DNA of 64,000 nt from Octopus sinensis. Its lineage: Eukaryota. The notes beneath the pieces are model-generated. The model saw only the letters and a list, made by a program, of their open reading frames with translations. It searched no databases and was not told the DNA's origin. Of this stretch, positions 23,995 through 37,273 are shown piece by piece. A program made the position numbers and the translations under genes. Numbering within the stretch: the first letter of the stretch is position 1; each line of letters opens with the position of its first letter. The stretch covers positions 20,708,001 to 20,772,000 of the forward strand of contig NC_043017.1 in the NCBI RefSeq assembly GCF_006345805.1. Reading direction: 5' to 3'.

Positions 23995-25995
23995 AAGAAG
24001 AAAGAAGAAAGGCCTCAGTATGGCCTGGATTGACTACAAAAAGGCGTTTGATAGCATCCCCCACACATGGATCCTCGAAACACTAGCCATTAACAAAGTA
24101 GCACCAACAATCATAAAATTCATAGAGCACTCTATGAATAAATGGCAAACAGTCCTACACCTCCAAACAAAAGAGGGACTCATGAAAACCAAAGACATCC
24201 CCATTAGAAGAGGAATATTCCAGGGAGACACGCTCTCTCCACTCCTTTTCTGCTTGGCACTGTCACCTCTATCTGATATGCTAAATAGAACTGGATGCGG
24301 ATATAAATGTTACGACAAAACGATCAGCCACCTTTTATATATGGATGACCTAAAACTATACGCTGCAAATGACAAACAGCTGGAAACACTATTAAAGACA
24401 GTTCATGGATTTACCAAAGAAATAGATATGAAATTTGGATTAGAAAAATGCGCCAAAGTAACCATGAAAAGAGGAAAACTAGTTAAGAGTAACAACATCA
24501 CACTAGATAAAACCAATGAAATAAAAGAATTAGACCAAAGCCAAACTTACAAATACTTAGGAATCCATGAACTAGATAAGACACAACACACACAAATGAA
24601 AGAGAAAATAAAAAAAGAATATTATAGACGAGTTAGATCAATACTAAAAACAGAGCTCAATGCTAAAAACAAGATAATAGGTATCAACACTTTAGCTGTC
24701 CCAGTTATAAGTTACAGCTACAATATCCTTAACTGGACACGAAATGAACTGTCCAAAATAGATAGGAAAACAAGAAAAATACTGACAGGATCTAGGATGC
24801 ATCACCCAAAATCTGACATAGAAAGACTATATATACAACGTATAGAAGGTGGTAGAGGCCTTATACAGCTGGAAAACTACTATAAAATAACCACCATAGG
24901 ACTGCAAAAATACCTACTTCAGAAGGAAGGAAAACTGATCCAGATAGCAGCAAAACACGAGCAAAACAAAAAACTGTTCTCAGTATTTAAGGAAGCTGAC
25001 AAATACAAACAAGAAATCATACCACCTAATAAACACAAAGAAGAAGAAGAAGATGATGAAGAAACAACAAAAGCTATAAACAAATGAAATCCAAACTAAA
25101 AATAGAACAGCAACGAGCCATGATAAAATGATGGCAAGAAAAACCCCTTCATGGTAAATACTGCACTAAACTAAACGCAAAAGAATAGACAAAGAAAAAT
25201 CCCAGCAATGGTTGAGAAGCTCAGGACTCAAAGCAGAAACAGAGGGATTTTTAATTGCAGCACAAGACCAAAGCCTCCCACCAGAAATTACCAAAAACAT
25301 GTAATGGAAAGAAATATTACAAGTAACTGCAGAATATGTGGAGATGGACAAGAAACAATAAATCATATTATCTCTAGCTGCCCAGTCCTGGCTAAGAAGG
25401 AATATATTCACAGACATGACAGAGTTGGAACCTACATACATTGGAAGCTATGCCAACATTATGGAATAACAACAGAAAAAAGATGGTATAGGCACACACC
25501 AGAAAAGGTCACAGAAAACGAGAAAGCAACCATACTCTGGGATATGCCGATACACACAGATAGAGAAATTAAGGCCAACAGACCAGATATAGTTGTCAGA
25601 GATCATGAAGAAAAAAAATGCTTTCTAATTGATGTATCAATACCGGCAGATGACAACGTGTCTCTAAAAGAAATGGAGAAACTCTCAAAATACAAAGACC
25701 TGGAAATAGAGGTAACTAGAATGGGGAACCTGGAAACAGAAACAATTCCTATCATAGTAGGTGCATTAGGCATGATAAAAAAATATTCAAACAAATACAT
25801 AACAAAAACACCAGGACTTAAAAACACATATAACATACAGAAAATTGCACTACTAGGCACTGCACACATCCTACGCAGAACACTTTCCATACAATAACCA
25901 TCAGAGCATCACAACAAATCACAGCACATACCCAAGGCACACAGAGCTGCGCTCGGTAGTGAAGTGAAAGCACGCTATAAAAATAAAACTACTGA
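23993..25995 (+). mobile_element. R4/Dong-clade (REL-endonuclease) non-LTR retrotransposon, family A, 5'-truncated ~2 kb copy in (TAA)n
   Basis: RT motifs AWIDYKKAFDS, GIFQGDTLSPLLF and HLLYMDDLKLY; CCHC knuckle CRICGDGQETINHIISSC; REL motif RPDIV...LIDVSIP...KYKDL. The 3' UTR ends AAAACTACTGAA-TAATAA and TAA runs flank both sides. Confidence 0.93.
24020..25897 (+). pseudogene. Dong/R4 ORF (RT, zinc knuckle, restriction-like endonuclease), disrupted between ~25085 and ~25280
   Basis: ORFs 24020-25087 and 25208-25897. The conserved WQEKPLHGKY and GLKAETEGFLIAAQDQ blocks lie out of frame between them. Confidence 0.88.
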
Positions 25996-27155
25996 ATAAT
26001 AATAATGATAATAATAATCTATATGTATGCGTGTGCTGGTACAGATAGGTCTGTATATTTTTACACAAACGTATTATTTCTCTATTGACAATATCTAATT
26101 ACAGATATAGAACAAGTAGCTTTGGCAGTCAACAATAACAAATGAAAGTAAATCAGTTCCAGACTGATTAATAACTGTAGGACAAAAGGAAAATAATGAA
26201 ACATCAGACTCTTGGCTTCATCATCTTTGCAGAGAAGAAATTAATAGCATCAATGATGTCACAGCATATGTAAAAATAATTTAGCTTGTTCTAAAGAACT
26301 TGTTTTTCCAAATTCATATGTGTGTATGCTGAGGGCATATTGCTTCTGTAGAAAGAATGCCATACTTTAATTTATCAATCTTCGGTTATTAGGCATCTAC
26401 ATAGACACACACACACACACATACATACAAGTGTATGTGTGCCTGCAAATGCATGTGTGTATGAGTGCATGTGTGTGTGCATATATATATTGATCAATGA
26501 AATTTCAGCATAGTCTGATTTTCATGTTTTATTATTTACAATTTTTACAATTTTACAATATTATAATAATAGAAGATATATTTATTTTATAGTGGTAAAA
26601 CTAGTACTTTCGTGCATTACACAATCGTCAGGTTTATGTAGTAGTGGTAGTGACAGTTCTGTTCCACAATTGACAACTGTAGTGAAATGGCTAAAATACA
26701 TACATACATGCATACATACATACATGATGATGGCTGCCCCCTTGTTATTGAGTATGGCCATTGCACGAAGCTTAACTGTTATTGGTGCTGTGATCGAATG
26801 TGAATTTTTAGCCCAGCTAAAGATCTACAATGTCTTGTACAGAATTGGCAGCTAAAACCTTTTCCGGTAAAAGCCGACTGTAGTTGTAACTGGGCTTCAT
26901 GTACCTTTGCATGTCGGAGTTGATAAATTAAGTACCAGTTATGCACTGGGGTCGATGTAATTGACTTAATCCCTTTGTCTGTCCTTGTTTGTCCCCTCTA
27001 TGTCTAGCCCCTTGTTGGCAGCAAAGAAATAAGAAATAAGAGTTAAAACCTCTTAATGTTTTAAGAAGCACGCTGACAGGGGAGATAATCCCCTCATGAG
27101 CGTCTCAAGGGTCCCTAGATGAGACTAGTTTCACCTATCAGTGGTGACTACTTAA

Positions 27156-27318
27156 CCCTTTAGTGTTTAAACCGGCCATATCGGGCCTAAATATTCTACA
27201 TGTCTTATATTCAAATAAACAATCATTGAAACCTCAAAGCTGTAAGATAATGCATGATTAATTAAAAACAATTTGAGTGAAAAATTATTACATTTAACAG
27301 AGTAATCTGAACACTAAA
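27156..27318. mobile_element. piggyBac-type MITE, internally deleted and right-end-clipped copy of the 32054 family
   Basis: TTAA|CCCTTTAGTGTTTAAACCGGCCATATC... ending GAACACTAAA, directly followed by a SINE. Confidence 0.65.
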
Positions 27319-27824
27319 TGCGGCAAGATGGCAGAAACGTCAGCATGCCGGGCGAAATGCTTAGCGGTATTTCATCTGTCTTTACATTCTGAGTTCAAAT
27401 TCTGCCAAGGTCGACTTTGCTTTTCATCCTTTCGGGGTCGATAAATTAACTACCAGTTGCATACTGGGGTCAATCTAATCGACTGGTCCCTTACCCAGTT
27501 CAGCTTTAAGAGATTTTAACTCTTATTTCTTGCAATATAGCTGCTTTGACACTCTCACTCACAGTGATGATGACAATTTCCTATATATGTGTGTGTGTGT
27601 TTGTGTGTGTGTGTGTAGGCATGGCTATGTGGTTAAGAAGTTTGCTTCTGAAGCCTGTGGTTTTGAGTTCAGCAGCAGGGTGTGGCACTTTGAGCAAATC
27701 TCTTCTATGACAGCCTTGGGTCAACCAAAACTTTGTGGGTGGATTCGGTAGATGGAAACCAAAAGAAGTCTGTTGTGCACAAATGTGTGCATGTGACTGT
27801 ATCTCCTTCCTGAGCTGCCACACA

Positions 27825-27855
<31 letters not shown>

Positions 27856-27964
27856 TATATATACATACATATACATATATATACATACATATCTATATAT
27901 ATATATATACATACATGCATATACATACATACATATATACATATATATATACATACATATATAC

Positions 27965-28015
<51 letters not shown>

Positions 28016-28202
28016 TATATATACATACATATATATATATACATACATATATATATTATATACACACACATGCACACACACATATATATACATACACTAC
28101 AGATATACACTCACATACATAACATACATGCATTTATGTATATCATTAATATTTCACATGTAATATACATACACATCCACAAAAATATACATACATGTAG
28201 AG

Positions 28203-28236
<34 letters not shown>

Positions 28237-28704
28237 ATATGAGAAAGAGAGATAAAGAAAGAGAGAGCCAGTGTCATACCCTAGTTACAGATTCCCCAAT
28301 TTCTACCCCATACCGCCAAAAGTTCACTTAAGTTCTGTAATTAAATATTTACATAATAACCTAAAAAAAATAAACTTCTTAAGATAACTGACCCAGATTT
28401 GACATATTCCCTTCAGTCAAATGAAAATATGTGTAGTTTTCAACAGATGAGGGACATTTTTCAGTAATGGAGTTTAAATTTTCCTTCTCAGTTATCCTCA
28501 AAGGGCTCCTTCTGACTTTGCCCTTTATTTCTCTGAAAATGCCTAACAATGAAAATAACAAATCAGAAGGAAAAAAAGCGTATATATAGTATATATACGT
28601 TAGTGTGTGTGTGCATGTGTGTATGTATGTGTGTGTGCATGCGTGTGCATGCATGTATGGATGTGTGTTTGAATGAAACATATATAAGTGAAATGATGAT
28701 GATG

Positions 28705-28736
<32 letters not shown>

Positions 28737-29010
28737 GTATGTATGTATATATATGTGTGTATATATATATGTATATATATGTATGTGTGTGTATATATAT
28801 ATATGTATATATATGTATATATATGTGTGTGTGTGTATATATATATGTGTATATATATATATGTGCGTGTGTGTGTATATATATATGTATATATATATAT
28901 ATATTATATATATATATATATATATGTATATCATCATCATCATCATCATCGTTTAACGTCCGCTTTCCATGCTAGCATATATATATATATATATTATATA
29001 TATATATATA
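27825..29010. repeat. Compound CA/TA/TACA/GA microsatellites (27825-28260, 28600-29010)
   Basis: Direct reading. Confidence 0.9.
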
Positions 29011-29057
29011 TGTATTCATTTTTTTAAGGTTAGCTATGAATAAATGAATATCAGACA

Positions 29058-29280
29058 TACAAGGAGGGGGGGCTGAAAAAGTTTTGGCTTTAGGTAAAAA
29101 AAAATACTGGAGGATCAATTAATTATGATTCTATTCAATATATTCCCCTCCCAGATTCACACACTTATTGCAGTGGTCCTTCAATTTTTTAAAGCCTGGT
29201 TAAAGAACTCAGAAGGTTGGGCTTCCAGCAGGCCTTTCACGATACTCTTAAAACCAGGAATTTTTCAGAACCCCACTCCT
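29058..29280 (+). mobile_element. Tc1/mariner-type terminal fragment
   Basis: Begins TACAAGGAGGGGGGGCTGAAAAAGTT, resembling mariner TA-C(G/A)AGGG...AAAAGT ends. No second TIR seen. Confidence 0.45.
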
Positions 29281-29361
29281 ATGTATGTACTATACACATC
29301 TATGTAGAGTATGAATGTATGAAGTATTAGCATGCAAGCTATCTTGGTGTGTTCTACTTCT

Positions 29362-30090
29362 GTAGTGATCTAAATTTTTTTTTTCTGCTCTTGGCACAAG
29401 GCTCAAAATTTTGAGGCAGGAGGCCAGTCGATTAGATCGACCCCAGTATGCAACTGGTACTTAATTTATCGTCCCTGAAAGGATGAAAGGCAAAGTCGAC
29501 CTCGGCGGAATTTCAACTCAGAACATAAAGACAGATGAAATACTGCTAAGCATTTTGCCTGGCATGCTAACATTTCTGCCAGCTCACCGCCTTTTAGTGA
29601 TCTAATTTTTTTTTTTTCTGCTCTAGGCACAAGGCCCAAAATTTTTGGAGAGGGCACCAGTCGATTAGATCGGCCATCCCCAGTATGCAACTGGTACTTA
29701 ATTTACTGTCCCTGAAAGGATGAAAGGCAAAGTCGACCTCGGCGGAATTTCAACTCAAAAAGCACCATCCGATCGTGGCCGTTTGCCAGCCTTGTCTGGC
29801 ACCTGTGCCGGTGGCACGTAAAAAGCACCCACTACACTCACGGAGTGGTTGGCATTAGGAAGGGCATCCAGCTGTAGAAACACTGCCAGATCAGACTGGG
29901 CCTGGTACAGCCTTCTGGCTTCCCAGACCCCAGTTGAACCATCTAACTCAAGTTAGCATGGAAATCGGATGTTAAACGATGATGATGGTGATGATGATGA
30001 TGAACGCAAAGACAGATGAAATACTGCTAAGCATTTTGCCTGGCATGCTAACATTTCTGCCAGCTCACCGCCTTGTAGTGATCTAAATTT
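29362..30090 (-). mobile_element. Two tandem S1-related SINEs; the second is interrupted by an S3 insertion (29757-30003)
   Basis: Duplicated SINE bodies. The flank TAGTGATCTAA(A/T)TTTT occurs three times. Confidence 0.75.
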
Positions 30091-30784
30091 TGGTATAGTA
30101 ATAAAGTTGATAAAGTTGTATCTTCAGTATAAAGGACATGTGTTGCCTGGCCTCACCTCCTCTTGTCGAAAGTCTTAAAAAATAATACTTGGGGATGAGG
30201 ACTGCTACTGGAGCACTTTTGATATGTCTGCTCAGTCTTTGCACTGACCCCAGGGCTAAATAACAACAATCAATCTTGCAATATTTCTATTGAATCTCCA
30301 CCCCCAAATATAAAGTTCCAAAGAAAAGACAGGAAGCAAAATAACGATGAAGACAGCAGCGACGAGTGTGATGGGGACGATAATGATAAAGTCGATGGTA
30401 TTATTTCATTTAGGTTCAAAAGAAACCACAGGAAATAGAATAACAATGATGAGGACGATAACGATGATGATGATGATGATGATGACAGGTAACAATTGAG
30501 AGAAATTATCAAGAAAGTGATGCAACAATTAGGAGTACGTTAATGATGACACTGATGATAATGAGATCAAAGATGGCAGGAATAATAACGAGGGAGAAAC
30601 GGCAACAATGATGATAATAGGGAACAATATTAATATTAACAAAATGACAACAATGGAAATAAAGATAATGATGACGATGACAAGGAAAATGATGATGATG
30701 ATGATGAGGAGGTAAAGGAGGCGAAACTAAATCTAGCTTAACAAACAGACATTAATTTTGATTGCTTCTTTTCAATCCTTCTTC

Positions 30785-31421
30785 CTCCCTTCCTCTCTCT
30801 ACCTCTCTCTCTCTTTCTCTCTCTACCTCTCTCTCTTTCTCTCTCTACCTCTCTTTCTCTCTCTACTTCTCTCTCTCTTTTTCTCACTACCTCTTTCTCT
30901 CTCTACCTCTCTCTCTCTACCTTTCTCTCTCTACCTCTCTCTCTCTACCTTTCCCTCTCTACCTCTCTCTCCCTCTTTCCTTCTCTCTCTTTACCTTATA
31001 TGGAAGTGCATTATTGCGGGGGGGGGGGGGGAGGGCATCTAAGGCTTATCTTTCAAAAGCTGCTTTTATATTCTTGCACCGAAGTTTCAACGTTTTCAGC
31101 GTTTCATTCACCTGAGTTTTCAAATAAAAACCGGTGAAAAGCCGCAATAATTATAATATTCTGTTATTGATTTTCCCGTCAAACGTCGAGAAAACTTCTG
31201 CAATTTTATTGGACGGAATCGGTAATTAACATGTTCTTGTTGCTCTCTCGTGAGAATTGTTCTCTCTGAAAGACAAACATATGTGTATAAGCATATGTAT
31301 GTGTTTGTATGTGCATGTATATATATGTATATATGTGTGTGTGTGTGTGTGAACACACATATATATACATATAGATATATATATATGTGTGTGTTTCTAT
31401 GTAAGTGAGTATATATATACG

Positions 31422-31464
<43 letters not shown>

Positions 31465-31539
31465 ACACATATATATTCATGTATATATATATATACATAC
31501 ATATATATATATATATATATATGTGAGTGTTTCTATGTA

Positions 31540-31579
<40 letters not shown>

Positions 31580-31690
31580 TATATATATGTGTATCTATCT
31601 GTGTGTGTATACATATATATATACATATGTATGTATATATAGATATATATATGAGTGCGTGCATATGTGTGTATATATGTATATATATCT
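30785..31690. repeat. (CT)/(CTAC)-rich tract 30785-30990 and TA/TG tract 31280-31690, flanking a short unique island
   Basis: Direct reading. Confidence 0.85.
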
Positions 31691-32053
31691 GTAAACCGGT
31701 GCATGCATGTATGTATCTAGACGTATGGAGTATTCTGTATATCCAAGGAGAGTCTAAATTTGACATTAGTGGCTGAAGTCTTGTTACAAGGCTAATAAAG
31801 TTTTATCTGCAATAGAAATGACACCTATCAGGCTCTCCCTGCCAACATCAGCCTTCTCTCCTCTCTCTCCTCTCCCTCTCTTTTCCTCCCTCTGTCTCTC
31901 CCTCCTTATCCTCCTCCTCTCTCCACACAATCCTTTTAAACAGAAAAGAAAGCAGTTACAGTGGATATCCAACCCCATTCTTTTAAATGCAATGATGCTG
32001 TGTTTGTTTCCATTTTAGGGCAAAAAAAAACATTGTGTCCTTACTTGTCTTAA

Positions 32054-32274
32054 CCCTTTAGCATTTAAACCGGCCATATCCGGCCAAAAGTATTCTGCCT
32101 GTTTTATGTTCAAACTGGCCAGATCTGGTCTCTCACACCAACCCTACAATGTCGTTTTAAAAATTAACAGCTGCCTCATCAAAATCTCAAAGCTACAAGA
32201 TAATGCATGATTAATTCAAAGCAATGAGGATGAAAAATAATTAGTTTTGGTAGAATAATGCGAACACTAAAGGG
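32054..32274. mobile_element. piggyBac-type MITE
   Basis: TTAA|CCCTTTAG...CTAAAGGG|TTAA (TTAA TSD with CCC termini). Confidence 0.8.
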
Positions 32275-32966
32275 TTAAGAGGCAACTGAAAAGGTTGGCA
32301 ACTAGAAGGGTATCTGGTTGTAAAGCAACATTATTGTCATCATCATCATCAACAAGATCATCAAAGGTGCAAGCTGTGAGGTAAAAAGTTTACTTTGTAT
32401 CCATATGGTTCTGGGTTCAGTTCCACTGCGTGGCACCTTGAGCAAGTGAATTCTATTATAGCCCCAGCCAACTGAAGAGTCGTGTGTGGGTTCGCTAAAT
32501 GGAAACTGAAAGAAGCCTGTCATGTTTGTATAAATACATATCTGTGTTTGTTAACCTTTACCACTACCATGACCACGACGACCACGACAACGATGATGAT
32601 GACCACCACCACTTGACGATTGGTCTTGGTGTGTTTATGTAACTTAGCAGTTCTGCAAATGACACTGATAAAAAGAAAAGTCCTGGGGTCAATTGACTGG
32701 AATTCTCCAAGGGAGTGGCCCCAGTATGGCCACAGTCTAAATACCGAAACAAACAAAAGATAACAAACATTCTCTGTTCCATGCTTGCTTGGGTTGAATC
32801 AGATTCGTTGAGGTATATTTTCTATGTCTGGATGCTCTTCCTGTTACCAACCTTCACCTGTTACCGAGTAAAACATCTGGTCTAGGGAAAAATATTACCT
32901 TACTTGGAAACAGGTGAGAGATGGCAACAGGAAGGACATCTGGCTGCAGAAAAATGTATCTCAACA

Positions 32967-33130
32967 TACTAGCATAACTAGAATGTGCCCCGCCCACACA
33001 GCCCTTCCATTTGCTGCCTCCAGACCTCACAAAAAACACTTATTGTCAACAGCAGACTCAAAAGCGCCAACCCTTTAAAAGTGCTGCCCAGGGCAGAACG
33101 CCCCTACCACACACCCTAGTTATGCTAGTG
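32967..33130. mobile_element. hAT-type MITE (164 bp)
   Basis: TIR ACTAGCATAACTAG / CTAGTTATGCTAGT, with an 8-bp TSD TCTCAACA / CCTCAACA (7 of 8 match). Confidence 0.72.
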
Positions 33131-33206
33131 CCTCAACAAATACTGTTCACCCACTTCTAGCATGGGGAAGTAAACATTAAAATAACGATGATAATGATAT
33201 TTATTT

Positions 33207-33506
33207 TATATTTCGTTTTTGGATTTGGTTTACAAGATTCTTTATATGAGTTCGTGTGTTGAAGCATATACTGTTGTGTCTGGGGAGAGTCATTCTCTTT
33301 TAGTGCCTTATTATTTAACACACACACCGGTAAAATTTCCACTTATTTCTTATTCTTATTTTCTAAAATTCAAGACTATTGAAAAGGTTCCAAGACGCAA
33401 CGAAAATTTTAGAAAATAAAAATAAGAAATAAGTGGAAAATTTACCGGTCAGTGTGTTATATTATAAGGTACTAAAAGAGAATGACTCTCCCCAGACACA
33501 ACAGAA
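33207..33506. mobile_element. Fold-back repeat (arms within 33271-33504), family P2
   Basis: CTGTTGTGTCTGGGGAGAGTCATTCTC... is inverted as ...GAGAATGACTCTCCCCAGACACAACAG. Same family as 62655-62870. Confidence 0.7.
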
Positions 33507-34076
33507 TTTATTTTATAGTTTAACATTATATAAACAGGTTTGTGCAGAAATTAAAGAAAAGTTTGCCTGAACACAAACCCATCTTCAAAAGGAAGTACAG
33601 GAGTAGAAGTAAGAGGAGAAAGAAAGAGTGGGATGTATAGTGGTGGTGGTCGGGGTGATGGTGGTGGTGGTGCTTAATGAAGGCTCGTGGCCAATAATTA
33701 CCAGGTGGGTGAAGAACTAATTAACACTCTGCCAGTTATGACAAAGTGGATACTAGTTTATCTGATCAACAGAACAGCCTGTTTGAACACTCTACAGACC
33801 CATGTACCCTTAATGTAGTTCTCAGGGAGATTCAGCATGACACAGAGCATGTCACGGCAGGCCCACTTGAATTACAGGTACAATCATTTTTGCCAGCTAA
33901 GTGGACTGGAACAATGTGAAATAAAACGTCTTGCTCAAGAACACAGTGCACTGCCAGGAACTGAACACATGATCTTATGATTGAGAACTGAATATTCCCT
34001 ACCACTAAGCCATGTGCCTGGTTGAAGAAATAGTGGAAAAGAAGTGTTTAAAATAGGAAACAATATATGAACTTAA

Positions 34077-34297
34077 CCCTTTTGTTACCAACCCGGCCAA
34101 AACCGACTCTGGCTCTGTAGTACAAATGTCTTGTTTTCATAAGTTTTGCATCAAAATATACCACCAAACCTTAGTCGCAATTTATATTCCTAAAACTAGC
34201 TTAATGATAACTAAGTTATTTTACTAAATTCTTTGTTATATTTAAAATAATTGAAAGAAACACAGAGCATATCAAAATAAATACAGTAACGAAAGGG
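34077..34297. mobile_element. piggyBac-type MITE, second family
   Basis: TTAA|CCCTTTTGTTAC...GTAACGAAAGGG|TTAA. Confidence 0.8.
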
Positions 34298-34308
34298 TTA
34301 AAGAGAGA

Positions 34309-34350
<42 letters not shown>

Positions 34351-34739
34351 AACCATTCTGGAACAAGAGTAATTCCATCACCAAAGCAGAAGAGTCTGTG
34401 GATTGTCTTGTCTGAAGAAATATGCTTCTGTTTCCTTTTTAACTTTCAGAGTTGAATTACCAAAATTATATTAAGATTCAAAAGTGCTATTTTACAGTAG
34501 GAATGTAGGTCTGTGTGTGTGTGTATTTAAATGTGCAGATAAATCTATATAAACGCATATGTGTGCATGTGTATGTATACGCAAACATGCAATTATGTCT
34601 ATCTATAAAAATGTAAGGGTGTGTATATGTATAAACATACGCTCACACACATGTACATACATGCATATGTACACACTCGGGGGTAATCCTATGGCAAGTT
34701 ATTCAGATGAGCAATTGCTTTTGTAACACAGGCTAAGAC

Positions 34740-35122
34740 TATTTATATATATATATATATGTGTGTGTGTATACACACAAATATATACACCATACACAAG
34801 CATATGGCCACCTATATCTATGAGTATATGTATGTGTATGTGTATATATCTATATGTATGTGTGTGTGTATACAAATACCACACAAACATACACCTATAT
34901 ATAAATATGTATATATATATATATATATAATATATATATACATATATATATATACATATATATATATATAACATATATATATATACATATACATATATAT
35001 ATATATACATATATATACATATATATATACATATATACATATATATATATACATATATATATATACATACATATACATACATACATATATATATATATAC
35101 ATATATAATATATAACATACAT

Positions 35123-35163
<41 letters not shown>

Positions 35164-35346
35164 ACATATATAATATACATATATATATTATATACATATA
35201 TATATATATACATATACATATATATATATATACATATATATACATATATATATACATATATACATATATATATATACATATAATATATTACATACATATA
35301 CATACATACATATATATATATATACATATATATATATAACATACAT

Positions 35347-35415
<69 letters not shown>

Positions 35416-35420
35416 TGTGC
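34740..35420. repeat. Long (TA)/(TACA)n microsatellite
   Basis: Direct reading. Confidence 0.95.
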
Positions 35421-35711
35421 ACAGAAATATATATATACATACATATCACATGTACACACACATGTACATGAATACATGTTTGTATATGAGTGTATGTATT
35501 TTGTAGAGAGCTGGATATACAAGAGCATCTCCGTATCTTTCTGTTGTTATCTAAAGTTATCTCCGCTTACAATATCTATTACATCATTTTATCTCACAAT
35601 ATTAGCCAAAAAATGTCCGTCTCTCTATTTCTTTATTTATTGCCATATTATAGATGTTGGTGCTGTGCATAATAACGACGACGACGATGATGATGGTGAT
35701 GATGAAGAAGC

Positions 35712-35753
<42 letters not shown>

Positions 35754-36082
35754 GGATGATGATAATCATCAGATCTCTGTCTGCCACAAGGGCAAATACA
35801 TGGCGGACAAGTTATAAACACAAAGAGGGACTTTCATGTTGAATGCAAAGCAAAACGAGAAACAAATGTAAAAAAAAAAAAAGAAAGAAAAAAGAAAGAC
35901 AAAGAGGGACAAGCATAGTGGTGAGGTTAAGAGGCTTGCTTTGATATCATGTGGTGTCTGGGTTCAATCCCAATGTTCAGTGACTTGAATAAGTGTCTTC
36001 TAGTAAAGTCCTGAAATGACCAAAGCTTTGTGAATGAATTTAGTAAACAGAAACTGTGTGGAAGCCTGTTACACACACACAC

Positions 36083-36127
<45 letters not shown>

Positions 36128-36802
36128 ATTGTCAGCTCATTACAGCTGTTTCTAACACATTTTTTTAATAGATTACTCCATTACCAAAAACCCTAATCAT
36201 CAGATTAAATGTAATTTTACAATCAAACGAACATCCCAAGAATAAAGCAGGGATGTGGATGAAGTTTGTCGAGGCCAGCTATGGACCAACCCCTAGGCTT
36301 TAAGTACTCATTGAGTTGGTTTTCTGTGTGTACACAACCGGAATATTCTATTTTAACACTAGGGTCAATGTAATTACTGAACCCCTACTGCAAACTTGTT
36401 GGCCTAGCACCAAAATTTGAAATTATTATTATTATAAATTAAGGTGACAAACTGGCAGAATCAAGCATTTCACATGTCTCTGCATTCTGAGTTCAAATGC
36501 AACAAGGGTTGACTTATCCTTTCAGGGTTGATGAATTAAGTACCAGTTGAACACTGGGGTCGATGTAATTGACTAGCCTCCACCCCAACAAATTGCTACC
36601 CTTGTGGCAAACTTTGTTTGCTATGCATATGACCCTTCTTTTTCAGTGTATACCGTGCTTTTTTTTCTTATTTCATTATTATATGTAAGCCCCCACACTT
36701 TATGTCTGTCTATGTATTGCTCCCTCCTCATCCTTCGCCCTTGTGGCAAATAAATGAAATCATCATTATCATTATTATTATTAATATTATTATTATTATT
36801 AT

Positions 36803-37273
36803 TGAGTGAGAGAGCAGTGCATGCCATCAAAGTGACACTGGGGTAAAATATACGAAGCCCAGTATACCCATCATGACTACCCGTCTGATAAGGGTACACC
36901 AGGCACATGCATCACAACCATATGTGTGCGACATGGTTATCTCATATCAAGATAAACAGCACATGACCTTGCAGGTGGGGCCCCAGTTAGAATTTTCTTC
37001 AGGTTGAGTAGCCCATCCCGCTCAAAAGGTCCTTGAATAAGGGTTGTTTAAGGATGTTGAAGGAACCACCCATGTTTCCAGAGGTGAATTATTTAAACCC
37101 CAAAGAATCCCTCTCAACACATGACTATGATGCTCCCCCACTACTTCTGCTCGTGATCAGAGACACACATATCATCAGCCACTAAGGGACATGCTCAACT
37201 GGTGAAGGTCAAACAACTGACAAGCAAATCTGTGGTATTGAGCAGAATATTTGCTGTAGCCCATTTTTTATAC

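Noticed and set aside
26593-26631. Possible small exon reading GKTSTFVHYTIV (P-loop-like)
   Set aside because: Weak donor (GTTTAT), the upstream Walker A residues are absent, and it is not phase-compatible with the other candidates.
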